64,000 bases of DNA. Source: Gonapodya sp. JEL0774 (lineage: Eukaryota). The first letter of the stretch is position 1. The number at the start of each line of letters is the position of its first letter. The stretch lies in NCBI GenBank assembly GCA_027604505.1, contig JADIIX010000089.1, positions 1 to 64,000 on the forward strand. The letters run 5' to 3'. Positions 46,835 to 64,000 of this stretch are shown here, one piece after another. The position numbers were made by a program, and so were the translations under genes. The notes beneath the pieces were generated by a model. The model was not told the origin of the DNA. It did not search any database and saw only the letters and a list, made by a program, of their open reading frames with translations.

Positions 46835-48916
46835 CTAATTTTGCTCGTTTGAGAGCTCATACAATGTCCAGACGCCGAATGCAATAAACAATACAGCCCC
46901 AAAGTATGTGACTAGAAGCGCAATGCATGTGAAGAACACAACCGTGAGTGTTATCACGCAAATGGTGGATATCCGAAAATGGCATGAAGTGAGACGAGAT
47001 GTTGCCAGCACAATGGCAGGGTGCACGTGAAGGGAGCAAATTGGATCAGTTTACACCAGTTTCAGTCCTCCTTCCATCATGCACCCAAACAACCACCATC
47101 CTCTCTCCTCTCCCAACTAACTCACCCGTTTTGACGGAAATGCGACTTGCAACCAGCTTTCCACCAACCACCGCCCCACCAGTACAGAGAGAGTGCCCGA
47201 GGATGGCACCCAGCGTAACCCAATAAGGGTTCTTTGCGTCACAGAGGATAGACGAAGGGGAAACAGAAAGAGCGTAATGGTGACGACACGGTAGAACCAT
47301 TGATAATTAATCCCCAAACGAACGCTTCTCACGAATGTTCCCATTAACACTCAGAATTCAACCAGTTAAAACTCTCTACAACGAACATCCCATCGCTCCT
47401 CAAAGTTAAGTGAAAGGGTCCGACATGAACACACCTTAGCTGCCGCCAAAACGATTGTAGAAATCTGACTCCGGTCTCCCCATTCCGCCAAAAACGTCAT
47501 GACAAACGTTTGTACAAACACGGGGCTGAGAACGTATTGAGCGAGGTTATTAAGTGCCGTCAAGGCATTGGCAAACGACGCAGGGGGCATCGGTGATGTG
47601 GAAGGAAGACCACCAGATTCTAAATGACAGGGGCAAGGAGGGAAGGTTTGTTAAACCGTGACATTGAAAAAGCAACATGAGTACCACCAATCTAGGTCTT
47701 GGGGTGAGACGCTCCCTCCGGAGGAAGGAACCATCGAGCTCTGGCGATGCACATGCGACTGGTACACCAGAATCGTCACACAAACGTAAAACTTCGACAG
47801 TCCCCTGATGACCATCCCAGAGAAATCAAAAAGAGAACCGTCCCCAAAAGTCGCGTGTCGGAGTGCCAGCAGTCTATCACACTCACCCATCTTCTCGTCC
47901 CTTCCTTCGTTTTCTTTCTCCTGCAACTCTTGGCTTACCTCAGCCAACTCCACTTCAGCCGCGTCGTCCCTCATCTCCTTCGCTTCCTTCACCATCTTTA
48001 TCCCAAACGCCACGAACAGCAGTGCAGCCAAAAATTGTGTGACTCGTCGGGACAGGAGGGCGGGAAGCGCATAACCAAGGCAGGCGGATAGGACGGACAT
48101 CAGAGCGAGGGCAGACATCGCGGCGGAGAAGACAAGGAGACGGGGATGACGCATAGCCATGACACTGAAAAGAACAGTGGGGCAGTGATTGCAGGAGATG
48201 AAACGCAAACTGAAACGGAGGCACCTTCTGCCGACCATGGTATGTTCAAGTGTGCCCTCATGTTCTTCGAATACCAGCATTGCCATCCAGTCGAGTCACC
48301 CCATTTCTCTCAGTTCTCCTTCTGATACAGGGCCATAACTCGCTGGGGATGAGATTCCCATGTTCGCTGCAACCCACTCCATTTCACTTCTAAATACTCA
48401 ATGGCACCTCTTTCTCCTGGAAACTATAAGTCATCTTCTGACAAGGAGCATCCGTGGGTGCAAGCAATCCAATCCTTGACCTCGCAAAGGGAATGGATAA
48501 CCGACGGAACCATTCCTTGTTCTTCGAAAACTTCCATAAAAAGACCACTTGGTCTGCTATCACCGCGCCACAACGACATCTCGATAAGCCTGAAGCCCAT
48601 CACGAGTGCGGGCGTCATCTTAAGGGGTTGACGGACCGTTTTGAACAGACTCACCAGTTGATGAGAAATGTCTTGTCTCCAACTGTACAGAACAAGGCCC
48701 GAATCACCTCGTCAGAAATACAAAGCGTGCAATTTAGGAACATAGAAAGTCACCAAGAAACTCACTCTCGGACACCAGAATAACCAGAAAAGAGGACGCG
48801 AAAGCACCGTATGCGCCATTATCTTCAAGGCCGATACCTGAGGGAAGGTTCGCGTGGATTCCACCCTGCGTGTGAGCAGGCGCAAGATGCGCGTTTGACG
48901 ACCCGAGAGCGTCCAT
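46835..48916 (-). CDS. GDT1: GDT1/TMEM165 (UPF0016) Ca2+/Mn2+ antiporter, spliced; 5' end uncertain
   Basis: VILVSEIGDKTFLI, MAMRHPRLLVF, FVMTFLAEWGDRSQISTI, GAILGHSLCTGGAVVGG. Confidence 0.92.
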
Positions 48917-50514
48917 TCGGAGCGGTGCCGAGATAATAATTCTGCTGTAACAGCCACACCTCTCAGGGTCAACGAGTTTAGCCAGTCTACTACTGGTCGT
49001 GCACCGTGCACGACCGTAGAATGTGATTGGTTACCTGACTTCTTTATGTATCCAACCCATACGTAGATGGCGAGTCACGGGACATACTCTGCTTCTTCTG
49101 ATGAAGGTGATGACGCCGCAAACTCTATTTCTGATAACGGAAATGGGGATCGTATCAAGGTACTTCGCGACGAACATATCCCGAGGAACAAGGAACACTC
49201 CATTTATTCCCTCTTCCTAACCTCCAGCATCCCAAACGAATATCCAGCAAGAAAACACTCCAGAAGCGACACAAAAATGCGGACTTTCGACGTGAACAGA
49301 GAAAGCTGAACAAGGCAAACCGGGCCCATGTGAGCGAACCCAGTGAAGATGGAGAGCTTATGACAAAAGGCGGATCGAATGAATTACAATGCGACCACTT
49401 AGGTCCCAATGATTGTCCGTCAAAACATAGTCTTTCGCCGGGCCCTACTGTCCGCCATTCACACTCTCGCGTCGTGCCAAACGGATCCCGAAAACACATC
49501 TGCACTACTTCTCGAGAACTCGATGGGTTCTCCCTGTCCCTTACCAGAATGTCCTGCTTCAATGGCCATTGTGGAGCAACTATCTCTAAGTCTGGGTGAG
49601 GACATTGCTGCCCTTCTCATGAATGAGCCCGACTACTCGGTGATCGATCCCGCCAATTACAAGGCTTCCAAAGCTGGTGGACAACAGCAACTTGCCAAAT
49701 GAAAAGTTGAAATAGGTAGTTCTCCCTTGCCAAATGGAAACGGATGGCTGCGAGGCCGTGAACTTTACACATCTTCCAGGTGACGGTATCGCAAATGTAA
49801 TTACGGCAAGGAAGAATATAACGGCATACTTGCCCCGTCACTTTGGCAAGAAGGACGCTCGTTCAGGTCAGAGATAGTTCGAAGTTGCACGGAGATACGA
49901 GAAGCGTTGAGTTCGCTGAGGAGAGACTGGATATTCTCTCCGAGCGCGTACAGAGTGCACCGGAAGAGGAACGGGATTGTGGAATGAAATGACTGGATTC
50001 GTGGTGGGAATGAAGAAGGAGAAACTTCCTGAACTGGGTAACCTTTTCAACTCACACCACCTCCATCCTCCTGCGTCACCCGGAACCCTGCTACCGTCCC
50101 CGCCTCGTGTCTGTTCTCTCTCGAATCCTTTCCCCCACGTTAGGGCGATCGCTCTGCTTCATCTTCACCCCTAACGGCAGGTCAGGGCAATTGAAATCAC
50201 CAAACACAAACACAGGTCTTCATCCCTCGTTCAACAAGACAGTTTCGTCAGGATCCCCTCCACCTCTTCTTGCAACCTCAGCTTCCATATCTACCCTCAC
50301 TGCCGATCGCACCATCCGTTGCATGTCCGAATCAATCAGCTATCATTTTTCAGAGAAAATGTAATCAGTTGATTTGTTGTTTGTGAACCATAAACTTGCA
50401 GACTTGATTATGATGATGCAAGGAAGAAATATCACCACCTGGCATGAGGATGTTGTGCATCCCTCTTTACATAAGATGAACATTCTCCTTCACTCACAGT
50501 CCACCGGGTGAGAG

Positions 50515-51608
50515 ATGCACGCTCATGCAAAAGCCAAACTCCGCAAAGAAATGCGCGCGAAAGTTGCTGCGATTCCAATCGATGTCATTGAGGATCAGTG
50601 TGGGTGGAGTTTCCGCACGAATCAGTCAGCATCCATTGGTTTCCATCTCCGACAAACCTTCACTCCTCTCATTTCATATCCCATCTACATCTACCCAGCT
50701 GCGACTGTCCTCACGCACTTGCGTGGCCTCCCTGCCTACACCCACTCCCAACGGGTCTCAGTTTACCTTTCAATGAAAGGGGAAATCGACACTCGTGATG
50801 TCGTTCGCGACATTTTCGAGCAGGGGAAGACTTGCTTTGTACCCCGGTGCGATGGAAAGGTCATGGTGGGTTTGTGTGAGAGTTGCAACGGGACAAGTCA
50901 ACCATTCGAACCAACTGTGCTCCGGCATTACTTTTGATGCTTTGTTCGAATCCCTGCAACCTATTTTTCCCTTTTGAACTCGAATCTCCGCACCCATTCC
51001 CCTTGCACCCGCACCAACACCGACAGTAGACAATGCTACGCCTCAACTCGCTCTCCGACTACCTCTCGCTCCCTCTCAACAGGTGGGGAATACCCGAACC
51101 AGCGGCTGACGAAGTCAGGGAGGATGCGCTTGAAGGAGGCGGACTGGATTTGATACTTGTGCCTGGTGAGCAATGTGTATTTCAGTGCGCAACTGCGGTA
51201 GGGAATGGGAAGGAACGCTGAAATGGCCCTTGAATCGGACTGAGACGTGAAATGAGGTGGCGAATGAGACTTAGATGCTTGTCATGGCGCAGCCTCTCCA
51301 CTCACCCTCTCTTTGTGGGGCCCGATATCACCACTTCGGACAAAGGCCTCGCCTTTGATTCCACCCACAACCGGCTCGGACATGGCAAAGGCTACTATGA
51401 CACCTACCTCTCCAAATACTCCGCATGGCGCACTGCCCAAATTGCCTCGTCGTCATCAGACCTTTCTGAGTCCGTCACATCACATACAACCCGCCACCTG
51501 CCTCACACAGTGGCTCTCGCATTGAGGGAGCAAATTGTGCCCTCAGTACCGGTGGATGAGCGGGATTACAGAGTCGATGTACTCTTGACGGCGGATGGGT
51601 TGTTGTGA
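50515..51608 (+). CDS. FAU1: 5-formyltetrahydrofolate cyclo-ligase (MTHFS), spliced
   Basis: AKAKLRKEM, SVYLSMKGEIDT, CFVPR, NRWGIPEP, LDLILVPGLAFD..RLGHGKGYYD, VPVDERDYRVD. Confidence 0.93.
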
Positions 51609-51835
51609 TGCACGTAGATGCACTTAGATGACGTCGCAATGCATTTGGAAATAATCGTGTCGATTTGTTCCATACTCAGCAAGAATGTAATGACGTGAAA
51701 AATAACAATCTGAAACGAGTGTTTCGACGACCAATGCAACAATATTAACTTCTCCTGTCCCTTCTTGTTCCCCCCCCCCTTCGCCCATGTGAAAAGCGGA
51801 AGAAACATGCTCGGCCTTAACCAATCCTGTGAGTC

Positions 51836-52892
51836 CTATGCCTCGGAACTATGAGCAAAATCCTCTGCATCTTCTTCATTTCTGTCCGCCAAAGCCCACC
51901 CGTCCGCCTCCAAAGAAGTGAGCCACTCCTCCACTGGATCGCACACTCTATCCTCCTCCCCGCCAAAAAAGTGATCTGCACCCGCCACCACGACGAACCC
52001 TTTCCTCCCTTCTATTTGTTCTTCCACAAGCTCCCTCACGCTCTCCACACCAGTGAAATTGTCCGCGTCGCCCATCACGAAAAATTTGGGCACGTTTGAG
52101 CACCCTGATGTGCATGCTTCTATGAATCGAGAGGTGTCGAACAGAGTCAAAGCCCATGTGACTGCCAGGGGGTACGCGATGGCGATGACCGCCAGGCAAA
52201 CGGATTGGAGTTCTGGCTGGGAAGCGAGGGCGGCAAAAGGGTGGAGGGAGCCATAGGAGTAGCCGGCAAGGATGAGACGGGTAGGGCGGGCGACCGGGGG
52301 TTGGTGCGGACCGACGTTGATAGAGGGTGTGTTGAGAGGAGGATGGGAGGATGTGGATGAGGGCAAGGTGTCGGCTGAGTCACCAAGGAGGAAGCGGCAA
52401 ATAGAAACCACATCAGTAGTTTCACCGGCGCCCCTCAAGGTAGGCCAGCCCGAACTCCGGCCGACTCCTCTGCGAAACCACAAAGCGAGGACAAGGGTGA
52501 TGCCGTCCATGAAGTTATACATCACGCACAATGCAGGAAATGCAGATGATCAGACAAATTGTGTTGAAGAAAAGAGAGTTCTCTCGATTCGAGCGTACCT
52601 AAAGTTGAATCTCAGGCACATGAATCCCATCTCATTTAATCGTTCCACCAAGGCAACGACAACGTTATTGCTCAGATTCCCACCTGAGCTCGCGTTTCAT
52701 CGAGAATCGAAGAAGTTGAACGGATTAATATCAGTTCTGACCTGAAACGTGTGACATCTTACCGAGAAAGCCCCAAGGATGAGAAACTACACAGCATATT
52801 CCGTTTCGCTCTGGATTCAGGTTTGAAGGAAGTGAGAGACGCGACTCTAGAACGCAACCGTCGGAAGTGGGAATCAAGAGGGGGAATGACAT
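51836..52892 (-). CDS. Alpha/beta hydrolase (spliced)
   Basis: HPWGFLGG..NNVV, LRFNFRGVGRSSG, nucleophile elbow GYSYG, GDADNFT, GADHFF. Confidence 0.88.
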
Positions 52893-53115
52893 GATCAGAA
52901 TGGAAGGCAGTCCCCTCTGTAGACCCCCGCCGCCTCACTTGAACTCTTCAATCTATTTTGTTATATCAATAAAATAAATTATCACGTAACTGCGGCTTTC
53001 AAGAACCAAATTGTGCGGGTAGGTACGGTGGTACATAATATACTGTGTACGGCGGTTGGATTCGCTTTTATGAAACCAGGAGGTAGCGTCATACGCACTG
53101 ATTGTGGCTACCCAC

Positions 53116-57634
<4,519 letters not shown>

Positions 57635-57971
57635 TATGGTAGGAGACGAAACTGAGTCTTCCCGTCGGGGTTGGAGTCGGTAGTTCGATTTCTGTCAAGT
57701 GTGTGAGTTTGCCCTGTTCCTCACTAGCCCAACACCTCCGTCAGCATAAACATAAGTAATGGCTACGTGCTACTATGTAGGCTTGCATACCATTATAAAA
57801 TTGTTTTTTGTCGAGCGCAATTTGGCCAGGTTAAAGGTTTGTTACATCTTTTCTCCTCTTTACTAGCCTGTTACGTGCAGCGGAAATCTTACATGATTTG
57901 TGACTTACTGTCTTCCGGACTTGCAATTAAAAGAGAGTTCCTCAGGATTTAGGGTGGAACCATGGCTAAAC

Positions 57972-60631
57972 ATGGTGAATGCATTTGAATGGGCTGGCTC
58001 CTTTCCGCCAACCAACGAGAACCCGCCCACACCACTAATGAATGCGAATCCAAGAGTACCTACCAATGGACACGTTGCGATGACACCACCGTCTTTGGGT
58101 GCTGATCTCATCCCACTGAACGGAAAATTGCCCCTGAAACCGGAAGGTGTGTCCTCCTTACATTTTGCAGTAGGAATCTCATGACATCCTGTTGGTGCTG
58201 CAGACACCGCTACTAGGCGCTTGGAAAACTACGTCTCCACAAACGAGGATGATTCAACTCTCAGTGGAGACGTGTGAGTAATGTTGACGTGCGTTTCCAT
58301 ATGTATGTGGAAGAAGCACGAATGACAACTCGTTTATCAGATCAGCACTACAAGACGGACTTGCATTCATCGCTTTTGGTGCCCAGGCTATCGCTCAAGA
58401 CGAGTTCACAAAGTGCTTTGCCTCGAAACCAACTCCCCAGTATACATTCACCCCTCGGGACACACTCAAATTTCTAGGGGCTGTTATCAGATACGGGATT
58501 CTCTTTCCCTTGAGGTGCGTACCAAACAATTTTCATCAAAGGACGCAATCGATAACTTGTACGCTGTACCTGGCAGGCTTATCTTCCTCCTACTGGCATC
58601 TCTCGTCTTCTTCTTAGCGCTCCCTTTCATCAACGCCGCAAATGATCCCGCGTGGCAAAAGTGGTCTTTCCAGATGTATGCTGGTGCCTTTCTCTTCTCT
58701 TTTGGGTCTCGAATCCGGTATCGCAACCATAAGTACCGCCCAAGTGTCCCCCACATTTATGTCGCCAACCATACGAGTCCCCTCGATTTTCTCGTTCTCT
58801 GTGCCTACGATTTCCCACACGCTGTCATAATGCAGAAGCAGGGTGGCCTGTTCGGTTTCTTCCAAAAGCATGTGCTGAGGCTAAATGGGTCCGTGTGTTT
58901 TGATCGAAAGGACAAGAATGATCGCAGTGCGATTGGCAAACTGTGAGTACAACTTTCCCTTTGCGGTACGTGGAGTTCTCAACATGTAACTAGATGGGTT
59001 CGTGTCTTCCAGTATGAGAGCTCACGCTGCTGACACCTCTCGAGCCCCTCTTCTCCTGTTCCCGGAGGGAACATGTGTCAATAACGAGTACACAGTTCTC
59101 TTCCATAAGGGCGCTTTTGAGTTGGATGTGGCCATTTGCCCAGCTGCCATAAAGTGAGTCAGCATGAACTCCCTCATTTTAGCCTTTTGAGTAACCATCT
59201 TCTCAGGTACGACAAGAGCTGGGGTGACGCATATTGGCAATCTTCCTCTCAGTCATTTTCCCAACACTTTCTTTATCTCATGACTCGTTGGGCGCTCGTC
59301 GCCGATGTGTGGTTTCTTCCCGCCTCCACCCGTTTGCCCAATGAGTCTGCCGGAGACTTCGCCTTCCGAGTGAAGACCTCTATATCTGAGCGCGCCCGGC
59401 TAAAAAATCTATCGTGGGATGGCTATATGAAACATTCGGGCCCCGCCAAAGAGAAACGGGAGAAAATGCGCGAACAAGGACAAGCACGAATGGGTCAGGG
59501 GATCATGCGCAAACTTGGGGAGGCGTACCGCCGCAAGCACCTTATTCGCCGAACGCAACGCTCTCACTCGATCTCGTGCCTTCGGGAAGTGCGTCCGCCC
59601 TCAGACGAAGCAGTGGGAACTGTCGCGGCGCCTGAAGACCTCCCGTCCTTTGAAACGGTGGAGTTTCGCGGGGCACGTGCCGGACCCACAGATGATGTTT
59701 TCAGCGACGTTCGCAATGACGTTTTGGTTGCGCAACAGGCGCAAGAGCTCCAGAAGACGGACTTGGCAGCGGATTTGGAGACCAAGTTGGGTGGATTGGT
59801 GGAAAGCTGGACGCATTATGCGAAGATGTCCGCGAAATTTGGTGGCTGGGACCAAAGACGATTGGAATACCTTGGCTGGAGAATTTGGTTTAAGCAGCGA
59901 CAAAGGTGCGTTTCTGAAAATGGGCCCAAGTGGATCACATCACTTCTGCAAAGCACGTTATTTCACCGATCAGGTACATCGACGAAAGAGTGCAAAGAGG
60001 ATTTCTTCGCCGACCTTCCCTTCCCCGCATCGCGTCGGCTTCTGAAATTGTTCGCGATACCGTCACCGGAGCAGTAGAACTTGTCGGTGGGATTGTTGGG
60101 GAGCTCACGAAGCGTACCAGATCTATATCTGGTGGAGCAGTCAAGGTTTCTGCTTTTGCCGGTCTGACAATGTCACCCCTCTTCAGAGCCGGTGGACAAG
60201 AGTCAGATCAGGACGGCAGTGAAAGTAGTGGTGATGACTCCACTCCGATTGCCAAAGTATCGGAGCGACTCTCGACAACCCACCCGCGAGTGCCGTTGAA
60301 GTCGACACCTCGCTCGTCGGCTGCTAACAGCAATCTTCTGTTGCTATCAGTACCCAAGAAGGCGTCGTCTCTCCGGGTCGAGTCCAGGCGGGGATCTATT
60401 CTCATGACCGATAAAGAAATGGCGCGATTGAAGGACATGGAAGAAGAATCGGGCTTTGATGATGGGGAAGAAGAGTGGGCTGACGCGCCATCTCGCTTGT
60501 CAACGGCTCGGCCTTCTCCAGTTCGCTCGAGAGCGGTTACCGATTCTTCACGGTCAGGGGACGAGGAAAATTTTGAACCTGGAATTGCAAGTATTAGACA
60601 GAGGAAGGTCGTTCATGATACGACCGAGTAA
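57972..60631 (+). CDS. Glycerol-3-phosphate acyltransferase of the GPAT3/4 (plant GPAT9) type with a long C-terminal extension; start uncertain
   Basis: AIAQDEFTKCF, IRYGILFPLR, YVANHTSPLDF, LLLFPEGTCVNN..FHKGAFE..ICPAAIKYD..GDAYW, WALVADVWFLP, WDGYMK. Confidence 0.88.
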
Positions 60632-60757
60632 ATCCATTAGATATTCATGTTGAAATCCAATCGTCTGTATGAATGTTGGGTTCTTGGCCACAGCCACGAC
60701 AGCTCCGCAGCATCAGCAACCAACCTCACCTTACCACACTCCACCTTTCAACACGCC

Positions 60758-62834
60758 ATGGCTTCGCTCGCCGATGAATTGATCGCAGAGCTTGATGATT
60801 TAGGGGATGGAAATGAAGATGACGTTGACATGGGGGACAGCGTAGGGGACGAGCTCGGTGGTGAGGACGACGGCGCGGACGACGATGACATGGAGTTGAA
60901 CGATGCCGAGGCGAAGCGGAGACTCGATGCAGAGATTGAAAAAAAATTGATGGGCGCGGACGATGTCAAAAGTGTAGCGAAGCTGCTCAGCAGTCGAAAC
61001 TACTCCGAAATAATGAAGGTGAGAATAGTTGCGCTTCGTCGGAGGCTTTCGAATACCAATCTCTCTGAGTACGCGAAACCTCCGTCTCACTTTATGCTCC
61101 TTCTATCGTGTTTAGAAAATAGAGTACTTTAGGAGTGTCCCCCGGTCTCAAACAATCATCGGACCTGTGGAGGAAGATCCAGAGTACAAAGTCATCATCG
61201 CGGCGAATAACATTGTTGGTGATATTGAGTCAGAAATCCTCCTTGTCCACAAAGTGAGTTTGCGTTCATTCTCTCCATTTCACGCATCCTGGAACAATGG
61301 AAACGAGGTCCAGAATTGAAGACTGAACGTGCCATAAACTCCCCCCTATCTCGTGTTAGCTTTTGTGCTCTGATTACTTACGGGGATTTCACGGTCTCCG
61401 TTTCCAAACAGTACATCCGCGACCATTACGCACCTCGATTTCCCGAACTTGACAACCTGGTACCAAATCCGTTCGATTACTCTCGCACGGTCCGCGCTAT
61501 TGGGACCGAGCTTGATCTCTCGAAAGTCGATTTGCGACCTGTCCTGCCACAGTCTCTGGTAGTGGTTCTGAGTGTCACGGCAAGCACGACCATAGGGAAG
61601 CCACTACCGAAAGAAGAGATTAAGAAAGTAATGGATGCAGCAGACATGATCGAAGAACTTGATTCTGCCAAAAGGAAGGTGTGTTACGTCAAAAGCAGAC
61701 TCCAATTACTTGAAAGCGAAGTTTTTGTTCTCTCCACCATCGATCAGATTTACGAGTACGTCGAGTCTCGCATGTCATTCCTTGCTCCGAACCTCACAGC
61801 CGTCGTTGGATCTTCCACCGCTGCAAAGTTGGTCGGTGCAGCCGGCGGCCTCTCCAATTTATCGAAGATCCCTTCATGTAACATTGAAGTCATTGGTGCG
61901 GCGAAACGAGCAAATACTGGTTTGTCAATCTTGGGTCAAGAGAGGCATCGTGGCTTCCTCTACGCTTCAGAGTTTGTTCAAGGTGTACCACCGGAGTGGC
62001 GACGAAAAGCAGTTCGCCTTGCTGCAGCGAAGTGTGCTCTGGCTGCGCGCATGGATCGTGCGAGAGACTACCCAGACGGCAGTCAAGGTCAGGGCTGGCT
62101 AGAAGAGATCACGAAGCGAATCGACAAAGCCATGGAGCCTCCTCCAGGGAAGGCGCAGAAACCCCTTCCGGCACCGGATGAGCTTCCGAAAAAGCGTCGG
62201 GGCGGTCGGAGAGTTCGCAAGATGAAGGAACAATATGTGATGACTGAGGTTCGAAAGGCCTCGAATCGTATTCAGTTTAACGTTGCGGAAGAGGAGGCGA
62301 TGGTGATGGGAAGCACAAAGGGGCTTGGGGTGATGGGAAACACAGGAAAGGTTAGAATGGCCAAAGACGACAGAGTCAAACGTACGTGTTCAAGGCAAAA
62401 CACTCTGGTTTGACTTGAAAGCCGGTTTACAAACGTTATTGATATATTGACACCTCGATTGTTTTGTAGCTGGACTTGGTAAGGCTATGAATGCCCGCAT
62501 TCAGAAGCTGTCGACGCCCAGCCAATCATCAGGTACATCTGGTTTGGCATCGTCGCTTGCTTTTACACCCGTGCAAGGTAAGCTGGAATAATCGGGAAGA
62601 TCTCAGGTTGATAGTTCATTCATAAACCACCTTTTTCAACCAGGTATTGAACTTAACAACCCGGAGGCACAAAAGCAAAAAATCAATGACGTTAATGCGA
62701 AGTGGTTTGGTGCTTTCAAGGGTTTTGTAAAGGTGGGCAAAGCGGGTGAAAGCTCTGCTGGAGGGGAAAGTGCCGCCCCTCTTCCAGTCAAAGGGACAAT
62801 GGCACCACCTCCACCGAGACCGCCAACTAAATAA
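60758..62834 (+). CDS. PRP31: U4/U6 snRNP splicing factor Prp31 (spliced)
   Basis: SLADELIAEL, GPVEEDPEY, IRDHYAPRFPEL, YVESRMSFLAPNL, AAKCALAARMD, KKRRGGRRVRKMKE, SGLASSLAFTPVQGIEL. Confidence 0.96.
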
Positions 62835-63074
62835 TAAGATATTCTAGCATCACTTAGTGTAAATAACGAAATTGCTTGTTCAAATATCCCAGTAAACTCG
62901 CTTCCCCGATAATCAGAGGGAAGAACACTCCATTCAAGTACAAATTGCATTGTATTGGCCTTCTAAACATGGCATAAGACTCACATGCCGAATAATGTCC
63001 GGGTATATAATCTGAATTTACTGTAAATGGGAGCTACAGGAATACCATCTCTCCAATGTCTCGACCGTGACGCT

Positions 63075-64000
63075 CTACATTATATTACACCGGCCGCCCC
63101 TCTGAGAGCTGGCAGTCCTTCGTGATTCGTTGCGAAGCCATTGGGCAACTGTGTGTATACGCTTACGTACGGAGGTTATCTATAATGTGATAGTCAGCAG
63201 GAATATCGTGACTTCCAGCACAGCAACGCAGACCCACTTTTAAAAGCTCATACTTCCACTCGTCCGTAACCGGCAATACATTCGCCACCCAGAAAGAGAA
63301 TTCTGCGGGTTCATCCGGCACAGAACCATGAATGGCCTCAAATTGACGCCGCTCGTGAATTGGAATGCGGGACATAAACGCATCCACGACACTCCGTATG
63401 GCTTTGCAATCGGCATCAAATCCATCTAAAGCGTTGGCGGAGGACAGTGACAGCAGCGCGGGTGGAATAAAAGGGTGAGGCGAACCCGGAGGTCTGATGG
63501 GAGAATTGGCTGATAGAACGGAGGGAGGATCGCTTGCGACTGGTGCCGATTCAATTTCGTCATCTTCGTCGACATCTTCCATACGTTCGATTGCACCGAC
63601 GTGGTACCCATCGATGGATCCTCGTTGTAGGACGCGGAATCTAATGGCACCACGAGAAACGGATCGGAGGGCAACGAGTCTTACTTATTTCTGAAGACTT
63701 GAAAGCAAAATAAAGCTGTCAACACACCGGTACTTTCCGACGCTGTTGACGAGATATCTGGGGAGACCGCCCTCCACCATCTCTTCAGCCGGATCTTCCA
63801 ATGCCTCGACCCCGCGAATTTCTGTCCGCACGAGATGCAAAGAATGGATGACATGTTCGTCACTCAATTTCAAGTAATTTATTTCACTCACCCAGCATGC
63901 ACCCATACTCCGCAAATGCATCGGATCCACCCAGACGATTTGGCAAACACATTCCGAAGAGCCGATTCGTGTCTAAGCATCGCTTTATCATAAGACGATA
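63075..64000 (-). CDS. LON substrate-binding-domain protein (LONRF-like), 3' part only
   Basis: RYLVNSVG..RFRVLQRGSIDGYHVGAIERMED, HGSVPDEPAEFSFWVANVLPVTDEWKYELL, ending RCNIM*. Confidence 0.75.

Noticed and set aside
49020..50400. Fragmentary ORFs between GDT1 and MTHFS
   Set aside because: Protein-like patches in shifting frames with no identifiable family. I cannot distinguish a pseudogene from upstream GDT1 exons or noise.

Overview
Gene-dense, intron-rich eukaryotic DNA. It is almost certainly from a flagellated early-diverging fungus: it carries a CASC1/DNAI7 axonemal gene, condensin II subunit H2, fungal-type PKC1 and Ssr4, and an animal/plant-type GPAT. About 18 spliced genes can be reconstructed by eye: TFB4, ARPC3, delta-COP, ARP4, CASC1, R3HCC1-like, NCAPH2, ODC carrier, NAS2, VMA3, SSR4, kanadaptin, importin-beta, GDT1, MTHFS, an alpha/beta hydrolase, PKC1, GPAT3/4-like, PRP31 and a partial LONRF. 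The left end holds decayed hAT and Ty1/copia elements. The most notable accessory features are: (i) one gene fusing a TKL-type kinase, Sel1 repeats and an immunity-related (IRG/p47-like) GTPase, with a sharply CpG-depleted body; (ii) two tandem, partly decayed paralogues of an unrecognised multi-exon gene (34.5-38.8 kb); (iii) a cluster of repeated ~250 bp intron-like units (38.9-41.6 kb); (iv) a GPAT with a C-terminal RLxxxxWRxW (DUF1752-like) motif; and (v) frequent AAG splice acceptors and micro-exons. Exon boundaries and family calls come from manual reading only and were not checked by any search.
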